Of a stretch of 64,000 nt of DNA, positions 45,580-57,280 are shown one piece after another. The notes under the pieces were generated by a model, which was not told the origin of the DNA, did no database searches, and was given only the letters and a program-made list of their open reading frames with translations. The translations under genes were made by a program, and so were the position numbers. The stretch lies in contig BCGN01000004.1 of the NCBI GenBank assembly GCA_001599295.1, forward strand, positions 810,138-874,137. The letters run 5' to 3'. The DNA is from Sporopachydermia quercuum. Taxonomy: Eukaryota. The stretch's first letter is position 1. Every line of letters starts with the position of its first letter.

Positions 45580-46150
45580 GCAGCAGCAGCAGCAGCAATC
45601 GTCACAACAACAGAAACAAAAGGTTCCTTATCCCCCACCAAATGCTGGTAGTCCACCATTTTCGATGGCTAATCTTCCCAATAATAACAATGGCAATAAG
45701 AATAATCTTATGAGTCAAAGGCAGCCATCGATGCCCACGAACTCAGGAAATGTGGGCCAAACGAAATCTGGAAATGTACCACAAGGTATTCAGAATCCAA
45801 TGATGCAAACTATGGGTTCTAATATGCCTATGACTAATACCCAACCACCTACCCAACCACCACAGTCTCAACAGCAAAGCGCCATGAATATTAATGGACA
45901 CTCTGGATCTGTTGCAATCTCACCTTTCAGTCCTCAACAGTTTGCATATTTGAAATGCCAAGTTACAGCGTTCAAAGCTTTGGTCAAGAATCAAATGGTG
46001 CCACCTGAAATGCAGAACGTGATATTCAATGAACGAATAAGATTCTATGATCCTGCTATGCACCAGCAAAGGCTGATGTCATTAAGGCAGCAGCAGCAGC
46101 AACAACAACAGCAACAGCAGCACCAGCAGCAGCAGCAGCAGCAACAACAA

Positions 46151-46184
<34 letters not shown>

Positions 46185-49100
46185 TCCAACCACAACAACA
46201 ACAGCAACAACAACAGCAACAGGAACAATTATCTTTAATGTCACCTTCTCAGACGGGAATTTCGCCTTCTGTCGGTCCAGCAGCTCTTAATGGCTCAATC
46301 GGACTCAACAGGATGTCACAATCCCCTATGATGTCTAATGCCCCAACTCCAGTAGTAAATNCTGCACCTTTAGGTGGAATGCCTGGTACACCAAAGGGTA
46401 AACCCAAGGCAACAAGAGGACGTAAACCGAAGAAGAAAACAGAGACACCTCCAATCCCTGAGAAGACTGGATTCACGTCTCACCAGGCACCTCAAATAAT
46501 TCAACAGAAGCAACATCCAGGTAGTATAGCACCAGCACAGCAAATTTCGCAACCATTACCTTCCCAAGGCCAACAACAACAGCAACAGCAACCTCCTCCT
46601 CAACCAACAGGACCTTTTACTGTGAATGTACTTCCACCTCATCCGCCAGGATACATTGAAGATGTACAAGAAAAATATCCAAAAGCTGAGAAAACAGTGT
46701 ACACGGATGACCCTCTCGCTATTGTTGATTCATTTGTTTTCCCTGTTGNAAAAAGAGCAGCAGACTATGAATTGCCATTTGAAGAACTATTCAATAAACA
46801 GAATAGAACATTTGTTCCAAGTATTTTACCAAGAGGATTCGACGTTCAAAGTATGAAACAACTTAGAGAAGCTTGTATCATAATTGAAGAAGGAATTGCC
46901 AAGAAGGAACTTAACGATAAAGAAATGGCTATTTATAATTTCTATCTAGAACAATTATCCGATGAAGATATTTTGAAAATGGAAGATGAATACTTGTTCG
47001 GTTCTGATTTAGCACTAACTGGAGAGGAAACTGATATAATGATCGATTCAAAAGCATTGAATCTTCTAAGATTCCAGAAAGTACTTCGGGGATCTATAGT
47101 TGCTGATATATGGCATTTCAATTCATTAGTTTCGGAAATGCATCCAAATTTCATGACTAAGATTAGAAAACTAACTTTAAATGATGCTAAAGTTGCAAAT
47201 GAGCTCTATATGGCTCAGAAGGAGGAAATGAAACGAAGAGAAGTCGAAATGAAAAATAGATTCCTTACAAATTCCGCCCACAAAGCAGAAGAGATTTTAT
47301 CTAGTGGGAGAATGATTAAAGCTAAATATGCTAAGCTTGGTAAACTAGTTCATTCATTCCATTCAGCCACAGAAAGAGAAGAACAAAAGAGAATAGAACG
47401 TACTGCAAAACAACGTTTACAAGCTCTAAAAGCTAATGATGAAGAAGCGTATATTAAATTGCTGGATCAAACGAAAGATACTCGTATTACTCATTTATTG
47501 AAACAAACTAACGCATTTTTGGACTCGTTAACTGAAGCTGTTAAAGATCAACAAAGAGAAACTAAAGAAGCTAAGATACTCAATAATGATGGCTCAAATA
47601 ATGATGATATACAGGAGGATGATGACGATGACTTGGAAGGTCAAAAGGTAGATTATTATGCAGTTGCTCATAGAATTCAGGAACCAATAACAAAACAACC
47701 AAATATCTTAGTTGGTGGTACTTTGAAAGAATACCAGATAAAGGGGCTTCAATGGATGATTTCTTTATTTAATAATAATCTTAATGGTATTCTAGCTGAT
47801 GAAATGGGTTTAGGTAAAACTATTCAAACGATTTCTTTGATTACATACCTTATTGAAGTCAAGCGAATAACTGGTCCATTTTTAATTATTGTTCCTCTCT
47901 CAACATTAACTAATTGGAACTTGGAATTTGAAAAATGGGCACCTTCTGTCAAGAAAATTGCTTATAAAGGACCTCCAGTCGTCCGTAAGTCTTACCACGA
48001 CGATATAAAGTCTGGTAATTTTCAAGTAATATTAACTACTTTTGAATACATCATTAAGGATAAAGGTTTATTAGGAAGAATCAAATGGATTTATATGATT
48101 ATGGATGAAGGTCATAGACTAAAGAATGCTCAATCTAAATTATCATTAACATTACAACAATATTATCATACTGATTATAGATTGATTCTTACCGGTACCC
48201 CCTTACAAAACAGTTTACCTGAACTTTGGGCACTATTGAATTTTGTTTTACCGAAGATTTTCAATTCAGTTAAGTCGTTCGATGAATGGTTCAATACTCC
48301 TTTTGCTAATACTGGTGGTCAGGATAAAATTGATCTTTCAGAAGAAGAAACTTTATTGGTCATTAGAAGACTACATAAAGTTCTTCGACCATTCTTACTT
48401 CGCAGATTGAAGAAAGATGTTGAGAAAGATCTACCCGATAAAGTGGAAAAAGTGATCAAATGTAAAATGTCAGCTCTACAACAGAAAATGTATGAATACA
48501 TGCTTAAATATCATGTTGTTATTTTTCAACCAAATAAAGAAGAAACTGAAGAAGAAAATGCTACTTCAAGTAAATCGAAGACAGTTCAGAAAGGTCTTAA
48601 AGGTTTGAATAACAAAGTGATGCAACTAAGAAAGATTTGTAATCATCCTTTTGTATTTGATGAAGTTGAAGATGTTATCAATCCTTCGAGATTAACAAAT
48701 GATACTTTATGGAGAGTCGCAGGTAAATTTGAATTGTTAGATCGTGTTTTACCAAAATTCAAAGCAACTGGCCATCGTGTGTTATTATTTTTCCAAATGA
48801 CACAAGTTATGGATATCATGGAAGATTTTTTGAGGCTGAAATCAATGAAATATTTGAGATTAGATGGCTCCACTTCTGCTGATGATAGAACTAAATTACT
48901 AAAAGTGTTTAATGCTCCAGATTCTGAATACTTTGCTTTTCTATTGTCTACGAGAGCTGGTGGTCTCGGTTTAAATTTACAAACTGCTGATACTGTTATT
49001 ATCTTTGATACTGATTGGAATCCACATCAAGATTTACAAGCTCAAGATAGAGCACATAGAATTGGTCAAACCAAAGAAGTCAGAATCTTACGGTTGATTA

Positions 49101-50680
49101 CGGAAGATTCTTTTGAAGAAAAGATTCTTGAAAGAGCGCATCAGAAGTTAGATATAGATGGTAAAGTTATTCAAGCAGGTAAATTTGATAATAAATCCAC
49201 TCCAGAAGAACAAGAAGCATTTTTAAGGTCATTATTAGAAGCCGAAATTGGTAGAAGAAGTAGAGACGAAGATGATGAAAATCTTGATGATGAAGAATTG
49301 AATGATATCTTAGCTCGTGATGAAGAAGAAAGGAAGATCTTCCGTAAGATTGATGAAGAAAGAGTCAGAACAAGTCAATATGGTAAAAATAAAGGCAGAA
49401 AACATGATAGATTGTTTGGTGAAGAAGAACTACCTGATGTTTACCGTGATGAAGTTGTCGAAAAGCTCTTGGAGGAACCTGAAGAAGAAGTCTATGGTAG
49501 AGGTACTCGAGATCGTAAAGTTGTTCATTATGATGATGTGTTGACAGAAGAACAATGGCTTGATGCCATTGATAATGATGAAGATTCAATCGAAGATGCT
49601 ATTGCTCGTAAGAGAAGTAGACTAGAAAAGAGACAAATAAATAAGGCCCGAAAAGCAGTGAAATCTGATCTTTCCTCTGCTGTTTCATCTCCAGGGTTAG
49701 ATAGTGTTGTTGATTCCGATGAAGGTGCTGCTGATATTACTCCACACAGTAAACGTGGAAGAAAGAAAAGAAGCCATACGCCGAGGTCTAAATCAGTCAA
49801 TGCAGACGGAGGAAATGGTGAAAATAGCACCCAACTGGATGAATTCATTGATGATACAGAAGAACCGAAAGTCAAAAGAGCTAAAAGCGCTTCTCGTGGT
49901 AGAGGTAGGCGTGGTAGGGCAGGAAGGCCCCCAGGAAGAAGAGCCAAATCAAGTGAACTGGGCGACAGGAAGTTATCAGGCTTGTCATTTGAAGAGAAGG
50001 AAGAACTGAACAAGCAGGTAAGAGAAATTTATAATATGGCTGTTAATTATACATCGGAGGATGGCAGAGTATTATCAGAACTTTTTATGGTTAAACCACC
50101 AAAGAGAATTTATCCTGATTATTATATTTTGATTAAGGAACCAATTGCTTGCGATACCGTTCGAAAGAAGATGAATAACCAACAATATGATTCATTGGAT
50201 GAAGTACTAGCTGATTTTGAGCTGATGTTTGGCAATGCTCGCATTTATAATGAGGAAGGTTCAAGAGTGTATCAAGATGCAGATATTCTCGAAAGACTTG
50301 TTTTAAATAAAATTAGAGAGCTCAAGAATGAGCCATTGCTTAGTGATGATGAAATCTTGCCGTCCAAAGTGAGAGCAGAAGCTAAAGCAGCAGAATTAAA
50401 GGCAGAAGAACTCAAGGCAGCTCAACTTAAATCAACAGAACTAAAAGCGGGAGAAGCTAAAGAAACAGAAAAAGATGGAAGAGATGCGGAAGCTGAAAAA
50501 GTAGAAGTAAAAACTGAAGTTGAGGAATTAGAAGCGGGCAAAATAGAGGAAACGAAAGTTGAAGAATTCGAAAATAAAGAGACGGAAAGTAAAGAAACGG
50601 AGGATGAAGACCTCAAACCTGAAGAGGTCAACACAACGGAGAATGAAACTGCAGAAGTGAAAGCAGATATAGCTAGCTAA
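45218..50680 (+). CDS. SNF2: SWI/SNF catalytic ATPase Snf2 (QLQ, HSA, SNF2 helicase, AT-hook, bromodomain)
   Basis: QLQ (FSPQQFAYLKCQVTAFKAL), HSA, LADEMGLGKT, DEGH, QAQDRAHRIGQ, RGRGR/GRP hooks and a C-terminal bromodomain. QLQ and polyQ favour Snf2 over Sth1. First ATG at 45218. Confidence 0.9.
45524..45598 (+). repeat. (CAA)n(CAG)n polyglutamine tract in SNF2 (25 Q)
   Basis: A long pure CAA run followed by CAG codons. Confidence 0.9.
46088..46223 (+). repeat. Second, interrupted CAG/CAA polyglutamine tract in SNF2
   Basis: Alternating CAG and CAA blocks with H, L and P interruptions. Confidence 0.85.
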
Positions 50681-51346
50681 GAAGCATGATTTTTAATTCT
50701 CTTCTCTTCTGTTACTCTCTTTTCTTTACCTTTCGGCCCAGCTTCATTCTAACTTTTTATTATGTTTAATCAATAGCCATTGATTGAAGATGTTTACCGA
50801 TACAAATATTTTTTGAAGGGTTATACTTGGGTGAAGTAAATGAAATGAATGGAAGTACCATCTTATTAGATAGTCAACTGACACTCCAAACAAACATATC
50901 AGTCTAATTTATACTGAGAAAAAGAAGTCAGCAGTTGGGAATGGGCTATTTCTAATCTTATCATGTTCTGTGTGTATCGTGTATCAACAGTAAAATAAAG
51001 TAAAATTAGCCTATTATTATCATAGGATTCTTATTAATACCATCGTTACTGACATTACTATCATTAATATTATTATTAGCATTTTCAACATCACTAACAT
51101 CATCAAAATTACTGCTTTACTGCATCCCTTCATCACTATCTCTGTTATAATCCTCCTGGATCAATTGATTTCATAGGTAATATCTCAATATATTCTTCTT
51201 GATGAATTTCCTGTATTTGAATTAATTACTTCTGTTCATACTAAATAACCAACTACAAGAATAACAATGAGTAATAACTATTATATACGGAGGTCGCAAC
51301 CAAATGCTTTCTTTCAATAGAAAATTCGACTGAAATAAAATCTTTC

Positions 51347-51467
51347 GGTTGCGGCCATATCTAGTAGAAAGCACCGTTTCCCGTCCGATCAACAGTAGTT
51401 AAGCTACTAAGAGCCTGACCGAGTAGTGTAGTGGGAGACCATACGCGAAACTCAGGTGCTGCAATCT
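51347..51467 (+). rRNA. RDN5: Solitary full-length 5S rRNA gene (121 nt)
   Basis: GGTTGCGGCCATATCTAGTAGAAAGCACCG...CTCAGGTGCTGCAATCT is near-identical to budding-yeast 5S and is followed by T-runs. Confidence 0.97.
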
Positions 51468-51494
51468 TTCTTTTTTTATTTTTTATTTTTTATT
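51467..51494 (+). terminator. RNA polymerase III oligo-T terminator of the 5S gene
   Basis: T4, T7, T6 and T6 runs at and immediately after the 3' end of 5S. Confidence 0.8.
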
Positions 51495-51911
51495 TCCTTT
51501 TGTGTACCTTTAACATATGAACTGATATAATAAAGTCATTGAAAGATATATTTGATGAAACACTTCTCATATTTATTTAATATTTGTTGTTGAGCTATCA
51601 GTTATCAAATGATAGAAATAGAAGACATATTAGGCTTAATCCTAAAGATAGAATTTGATTGAACATAAATTAGAACGAATAGTTGTTATACAGATAGTAT
51701 AATCTCTCTAAAGGTTGTAGATCTATGGTGATTTATATTATGGAACAGAGGAGAAAATGGTATAAGAAAGACCTTCCTAGTTAGAAAATCATTGTAAATG
51801 GTTAGTATTATTAATTCTATAAAAAAAATATGAATGCTATTAACAATAATAATACTATCAATAATAAATACACAGTAAGAACTACATAGTAAATAAGGGG
51901 CTATATTTGTA

Positions 51912-54900
51912 TCAAACAGAAAGATCATAGCTCAATAGCCGTTTAAACCTCTTTTTGCTTGGATGTTTTGAAGTTCCATAAACCAAATAGGAATAAACCA
52001 TTTTCACATATTGTGATATTACCAAAAATAAATGCTTTTCACCAAACCAACATACAGTGAAATTAATAACAGCTATTAACCAAACTTTGAAATCAAAAGC
52101 CCATGATAAATAAGTCATTTGAAACATTCTTCCAACCAAACTATCAACAGGTGCTACCATTATTCCGGCACATAATAGAATTGTTATAATGACAGTTATA
52201 ACAAATGGTTTGTTATTCAATACTGGTTCACGATATGGTGGACCAACTGATAATATTATAGCAGTGAAAATGTACTGATAATTACCAAACACGAATAGTG
52301 CTGAATTATCACTTGATGATACTTCTTCATCATCGCCAGGAATGGGTTTAATATACCATTTCTCTCGTTGAACCAACTTCCATAAAAATATTTGAAATAA
52401 AACAAGAACTGCTATTTGGAATAACAAAGGAATCAAAACTTTTGGTGATACTAGATTTGCAGTGGGTCTTTTCCTACCTAGTATCTCATATGGTTTAGAC
52501 CATGCCATCACGGCTGCAATTGGTAAGATCAAGAATAAATCAATCCATAAGAACTGCAGATCGCCCAAATTAGAACCTCTTGAATATAACAAAGAAACTG
52601 AAGCAAATTGAATAGCTGAGTAAAGACTCATATACTTGAAACAAGAGAATGAAGTGACTAAAGATGCTCTACCTTCTTTCATGACATCTAAAACACAAGA
52701 GATATCAAAAATTCGCGATGTAAAAGGTGCAGCAACAGATGCTTCTGCTTCTGATAGTGAAATTCCAATATCTGCCGCTTTCAAAGCTCCACAGTCATTA
52801 GCTCCATCTCCACAAAATCCTACCGTATAATCTAAGCTTTGTAGTCTTTCAACCAGTTCATGTTTCTCGTCTGGTGACATTCTAGCAAAAACGCTTGATT
52901 TCAAAAGCATACGGGCAACTGTAAGTTCCGAAATCTGGTCTGAAGTAACCATTTCACGAAATACATCACCAGTAACAGCTAGGGTATATTTCAACGATTT
53001 GTTGGTCAATGGCGACAGTGTTTCTCCATCAAGAACATCGGATGCATCATTAATATTTTCCCAATGAATTCCTCTGTTGAAACTGAGTTCAATATCCGGT
53101 AATCTTGGAACATAAACTTCTGCTTCATTATCAACTAATCCACACTCTTTACCAACAGAGATTGCTGTAAAGACATTATCACCTGTACACATAACAGTAC
53201 GAATATTACCTTGCTTTAATTCTGCTAAAGCTATAGCTGATGCAGGTTTCAATTTATTCTCAAATACAATCAACCCACAGAAATCCAGTTGAGACTCAAT
53301 TTCTACTCTTGCCATCTTTTGAACTGAGAGCCATGATGCATTACCAAGAGATTTAGTTGCACATGCAATAACTCGAAATCCAGAATGCGTATACTGATGT
53401 AATAAATGATGGTAGTCGGCAGGTAGAGTTTCTGGTCTACAAATGTCTTTCATTACTTCAGGTGCTCCTTTAACGAATACTTGAGCGATATTCCCTGCCT
53501 TTGCTTTAACTATTACTGACATTCTTCTTAGTTGGGGAACAAAGTCAAATGATCTTAGAACACCTAATTCATTATGCGGATCTGAATTCGATAGCTTTGA
53601 CGCTATTTGTTTCCCTGGCTTAGCTATTGGAGGGGCAATTCCTGAATTATTTGTTTGCTCCATAGAAAATCCATTATCAAAATTTGTCCCATCTTCTAAG
53701 TAATCCCAGCCGGAAAATTGAAACATTTTATAGTCTAAAGGGTCACCAACTAATTCATCATCGACTACTCTTAAAGAATGACACGTTGCCATTNTGGACA
53801 GCATTTTTGTTTCGACTGGTATATTAGTATCCGGAATTATTGATTCTTTAATTAGATCTACACCTGATTTAACCAAAGGCGAAAACTTCGATCCTGAAGT
53901 TGATTTCGAATTAGTCATAGATAAATGAACTCCAAGTACATCTAGGCCATCTTCAGTCAAAGTACCTGTTTTATCAAAGCATACAACATCAAGTTTACCA
54001 CCCACGTTTACTCTATTAGGACTAATACAGTAAACATTCTTTGCTCTTAATCTAGATAATGCAAAATTGGTTCCGATTGTCAGTGTGGCAGGTAATGCAG
54101 GTGGAACAACAATTGTAATGATATCGAGAGCCCTAAAGACTATTACTGAAGTAGGAAGTCCCAGTCGTATGAAATTCACAGTACTGAAAATAAAACCAAG
54201 CATAGCAACAAATGCCATGGCACCAATATATTTGAATGAATCCCTATAAAATTTAAATCCCATAGGTTTAGGAAACAACATTGAGCGAACTAGGGAGCCT
54301 TTTGTCGTAGCAAAACCTGTTCGCACAACCATTGCCATTGCTGGTTCATCATTCAATTTTCGTACTCTGATTAGCTTAGTTCCCGAGAATAAGAAGCTGC
54401 GAGCTAAAGATGGAGGAACATCAGTTCCTGTAGTTTCTGAAACTAAAACTGAGAGCTCTGTATGTGAAGCTGGAATCTTTGACACTGGAACTGATTCTCC
54501 AGTTAACATACTTTCATTGAGAATACAATCACCAGATATCAATACGCAATCGCATGGTAGAACAGATAAACTAGGATCAGATAGCTCAAAAACATCACCA
54601 GGAACTAATTCAAAAGAAGAGGCGATTTTCCAGAATCCATTTCTCCATATACGAACTTCGCATATGAATCTCGAAATATTTCTTAAACGATTGGTTGTCT
54701 GGCGTGTTTCAATCAATGTGTTTCCAACAGATATGATTGAAATCAAGAAGATGCAAATTGCATAGTAATAATATTCGTCCATGGACCAAAGAACGATAGA
54801 GAATATTTGAAACACATAAAAGGGATGAAGCAATTCATCAAATAAAAGCTCTAAAATAGGTTTTGCTTCGATTTCAATAACATTTTCTCCAAATACTTGT

Positions 54901-56186
54901 TCTCTATCTTTATGAGTTGTTTCTGATAACCCATCGCGGATCAAAGTTGGATTAGTCCACGATGGATCAGTCCAATCGAGATTAGTTCTAAACATGTCGT
55001 CAGGAGGAGAGAAAATGAATCGGAAATAACGATACTGGAATGTGATAAGTATAGGAAGCAGAGGATCTCTATCGAGATAAGTTTCCGGTAAAGGTTCAAG
55101 ATTTGGGTCGAGTTCAGTTGTTCGTTCAGTGGTTTGATCATCCATTGAATCCGCTTCTTTTCTTTGCTTTAACACCGACGAAATTACAGAAGAAAGTACG
55201 TTATTATACCAATGCCTCTCAACATCAACAATAGTTAACTCACCATATTCAGTTTCTATCACGACCCATTCTGCTTCTCCCAAAGGTGTCGAAACACCTC
55301 TAAATGCAATTCTCCAACGAGGGAACCATCGGAATGCTAAATATATCAAACCGAAAGAACAAATGCATAACATGGAATAACAAAATTGACGTATTCTACT
55401 CGTTCTAAAACCTGCCATGCCAATAACTAGATCTTCTTCTGCCAAGTAAAATCTTTGTCGCGTTTCCTTTGATGGATAATCTGGGTAGTATTTGCGATAG
55501 TTAGAACCTTTTGTATAAACAGAAGCCTTCTTTCTGCTATCAAGTTCGGACTCATCAGGTATATTATCTGTAGATTTGAAACTTCCAGAACCTGCATCTG
55601 GTGAGATTAACGGTACAGATGAACCTGTTGATAATAACCTATCTCTAGGATGACGACGATGAAATTGTAGACCTTCATTTTCATTGTATTCCTCATAATC
55701 ATAATCAGAGTTATACTCGAAAGGATCTGGTTCATCTATAACTGTACTTGTTCCTGGAGCTTCCTCAATTTCTTCTGGGGTGAAAAATCTGAACGTTGCA
55801 TCAATACTCTGTCGATGCGACAAATGCTTGTCTTTACCTGGTGACGATAAAAGTTGTTCTCCAAGTGGAAAATTTTCCTCCGGAGTTCCAACTCCATAAT
55901 TATTCTCGTCATTGGCTAATGATGGAGATTGAGGAACAATGCTACCAAAAGAGTTTGACCGAGATCTGATTCTGTGAACACGATGAAAAGCGGAATAGGA
56001 TGAAGGTATTGAACCAATTGCTGGACCTGAAAATACTTCATCAGAGAATTCTGGTTCTGGATCAAGGTAATCAACACTCAAACGGAAAGTTGAGCTCTCT
56101 CTACGGCCTCTTGAACGAGATGCTATGCTGCTAGCTCTTCTCCGCCCGTGAGGCGTCTGAGATGATGAACGACCATTTTGCTCCAT
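51912..56186 (-). CDS. YPK9: P5B-type ATPase Ypk9 (ATP13A2 homolog)
   Basis: LTGES, IVVPPALP, FDKTGTLT, KGAPE, CTGDN and GDGANDCGALK. Confidence 0.93.
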   Translation of the reverse strand: MEQNGRSSSQTPHGRRRASSIASRSRGRRESSTFRLSVDYLDPEPEFSDEVFSGPAIGSIPSSYSAFHRVHRIRSRSNSFGSIVPQSPSLANDENNYGVGTPEENFPLGEQLLSSPGKDKHLSHRQSIDATFRFFTPEEIEEAPGTSTVIDEPDPFEYNSDYDYEEYNENEGLQFHRRHPRDRLLSTGSSVPLISPDAGSGSFKSTDNIPDESELDSRKKASVYTKGSNYRKYYPDYPSKETRQRFYLAEEDLVIGMAGFRTSRIRQFCYSMLCICSFGLIYLAFRWFPRWRIAFRGVSTPLGEAEWVVIETEYGELTIVDVERHWYNNVLSSVISSVLKQRKEADSMDDQTTERTTELDPNLEPLPETYLDRDPLLPILITFQYRYFRFIFSPPDDMFRTNLDWTDPSWTNPTLIRDGLSETTHKDREQVFGENVIEIEAKPILELLFDELLHPFYVFQIFSIVLWSMDEYYYYAICIFLISIISVGNTLIETRQTTNRLRNISRFICEVRIWRNGFWKIASSFELVPGDVFELSDPSLSVLPCDCVLISGDCILNESMLTGESVPVSKIPASHTELSVLVSETTGTDVPPSLARSFLFSGTKLIRVRKLNDEPAMAMVVRTGFATTKGSLVRSMLFPKPMGFKFYRDSFKYIGAMAFVAMLGFIFSTVNFIRLGLPTSVIVFRALDIITIVVPPALPATLTIGTNFALSRLRAKNVYCISPNRVNVGGKLDVVCFDKTGTLTEDGLDVLGVHLSMTNSKSTSGSKFSPLVKSGVDLIKESIIPDTNIPVETKMLSXMATCHSLRVVDDELVGDPLDYKMFQFSGWDYLEDGTNFDNGFSMEQTNNSGIAPPIAKPGKQIASKLSNSDPHNELGVLRSFDFVPQLRRMSVIVKAKAGNIAQVFVKGAPEVMKDICRPETLPADYHHLLHQYTHSGFRVIACATKSLGNASWLSVQKMARVEIESQLDFCGLIVFENKLKPASAIALAELKQGNIRTVMCTGDNVFTAISVGKECGLVDNEAEVYVPRLPDIELSFNRGIHWENINDASDVLDGETLSPLTNKSLKYTLAVTGDVFREMVTSDQISELTVARMLLKSSVFARMSPDEKHELVERLQSLDYTVGFCGDGANDCGALKAADIGISLSEAEASVAAPFTSRIFDISCVLDVMKEGRASLVTSFSCFKYMSLYSAIQFASVSLLYSRGSNLGDLQFLWIDLFLILPIAAVMAWSKPYEILGRKRPTANLVSPKVLIPLLFQIAVLVLFQIFLWKLVQREKWYIKPIPGDDEEVSSSDNSALFVFGNYQYIFTAIILSVGPPYREPVLNNKPFVITVIITILLCAGIMVAPVDSLVGRMFQMTYLSWAFDFKVWLIAVINFTVCWFGEKHLFLVISQYVKMVYSYLVYGTSKHPSKKRFKRLLSYDLSV

Positions 56187-57280
56187 GACAATTGTTCTTC
56201 AATCACCAGCAAGCTTTCTACCTTATCCTACCTTACCTTAGATATTCGATAACTCTTGCTATCTTTTGATTTGATTTTTGAAAGTAATAAATTATGACAT
56301 ATAATATATTCTATAGACCGAGCTATAACTGCATGCTCTGCTCAATCCGAATCAATACAAGAACAACTCTGTAGTTACGTTCTGGTAAGATGGTTTGCTT
56401 CAATGAAATCAGGAAGACGCTTCTTCTCTCAAAAGTTTTTCGAAAAATTCTTCATCAACAGGAACCTCAATTGGCAATAAACAACAATTTTTCCGTCAGT
56501 CTGCTGGTATTAATTTGTATACTTCACTCATTCACCCTNAGAATAAAATGTAAATGTCAGTGCAACGAGATGTTCATCATTTCCCGAACCAGAAAAAAAT
56601 TCCGATAAGACAAAGTTAAGTCACGTGGTGAAGAGGATTAAATATATAGTAATCGAAAATTGCTTGAAGAAGAGTTGACCTATGTCATAGCTTTCTATAG
56701 GAGCGAGATATATAGATGTAGAGAGGTACGTAGGATCAGCGAATAAATCCGCTTAATAGTTTTATTTCATTAGTAGTTTTCTGTTGGTAGTCAATAATAT
56801 AATGCATTTATCATTTTTTCGTTTCATACATTTCCTTCTCTTCCACCAGTAAATTGTTAAGGACATAATACTATATTACATAATCTTTANCGACAACTTG
56901 GCCAAAAAGCTGTCCAGAATCTTGTCGATTACCCGGAGATAAAATTTTCCAACATAAGCGAAAAATTGAGAAGAAGCGTGAATCGAAAAGAAATGCTCAA
57001 CAGTTAATCATTAAAAAAGGAACCATCCGAAAGATATTTGAAAAGATTATTTGGTCATTTGCCTGTTTGCTTGCTTGAGTAAATAGAGAAAATTAGGTAG
57101 ACGATTTGCAGTGAAAGTGGTATTAAGAAACTTATATTTTCATACCACAACGTAATCATCGATAGGCAATACAATAGGGACTGATTTCTTAAGTTTGAAC
57201 ATAGTAGAGTATCACAATAGACAATACCTCCAGATAAATAAAGATCAACTACAAATCAGAGAAGAAATAACTCAGTCAAA

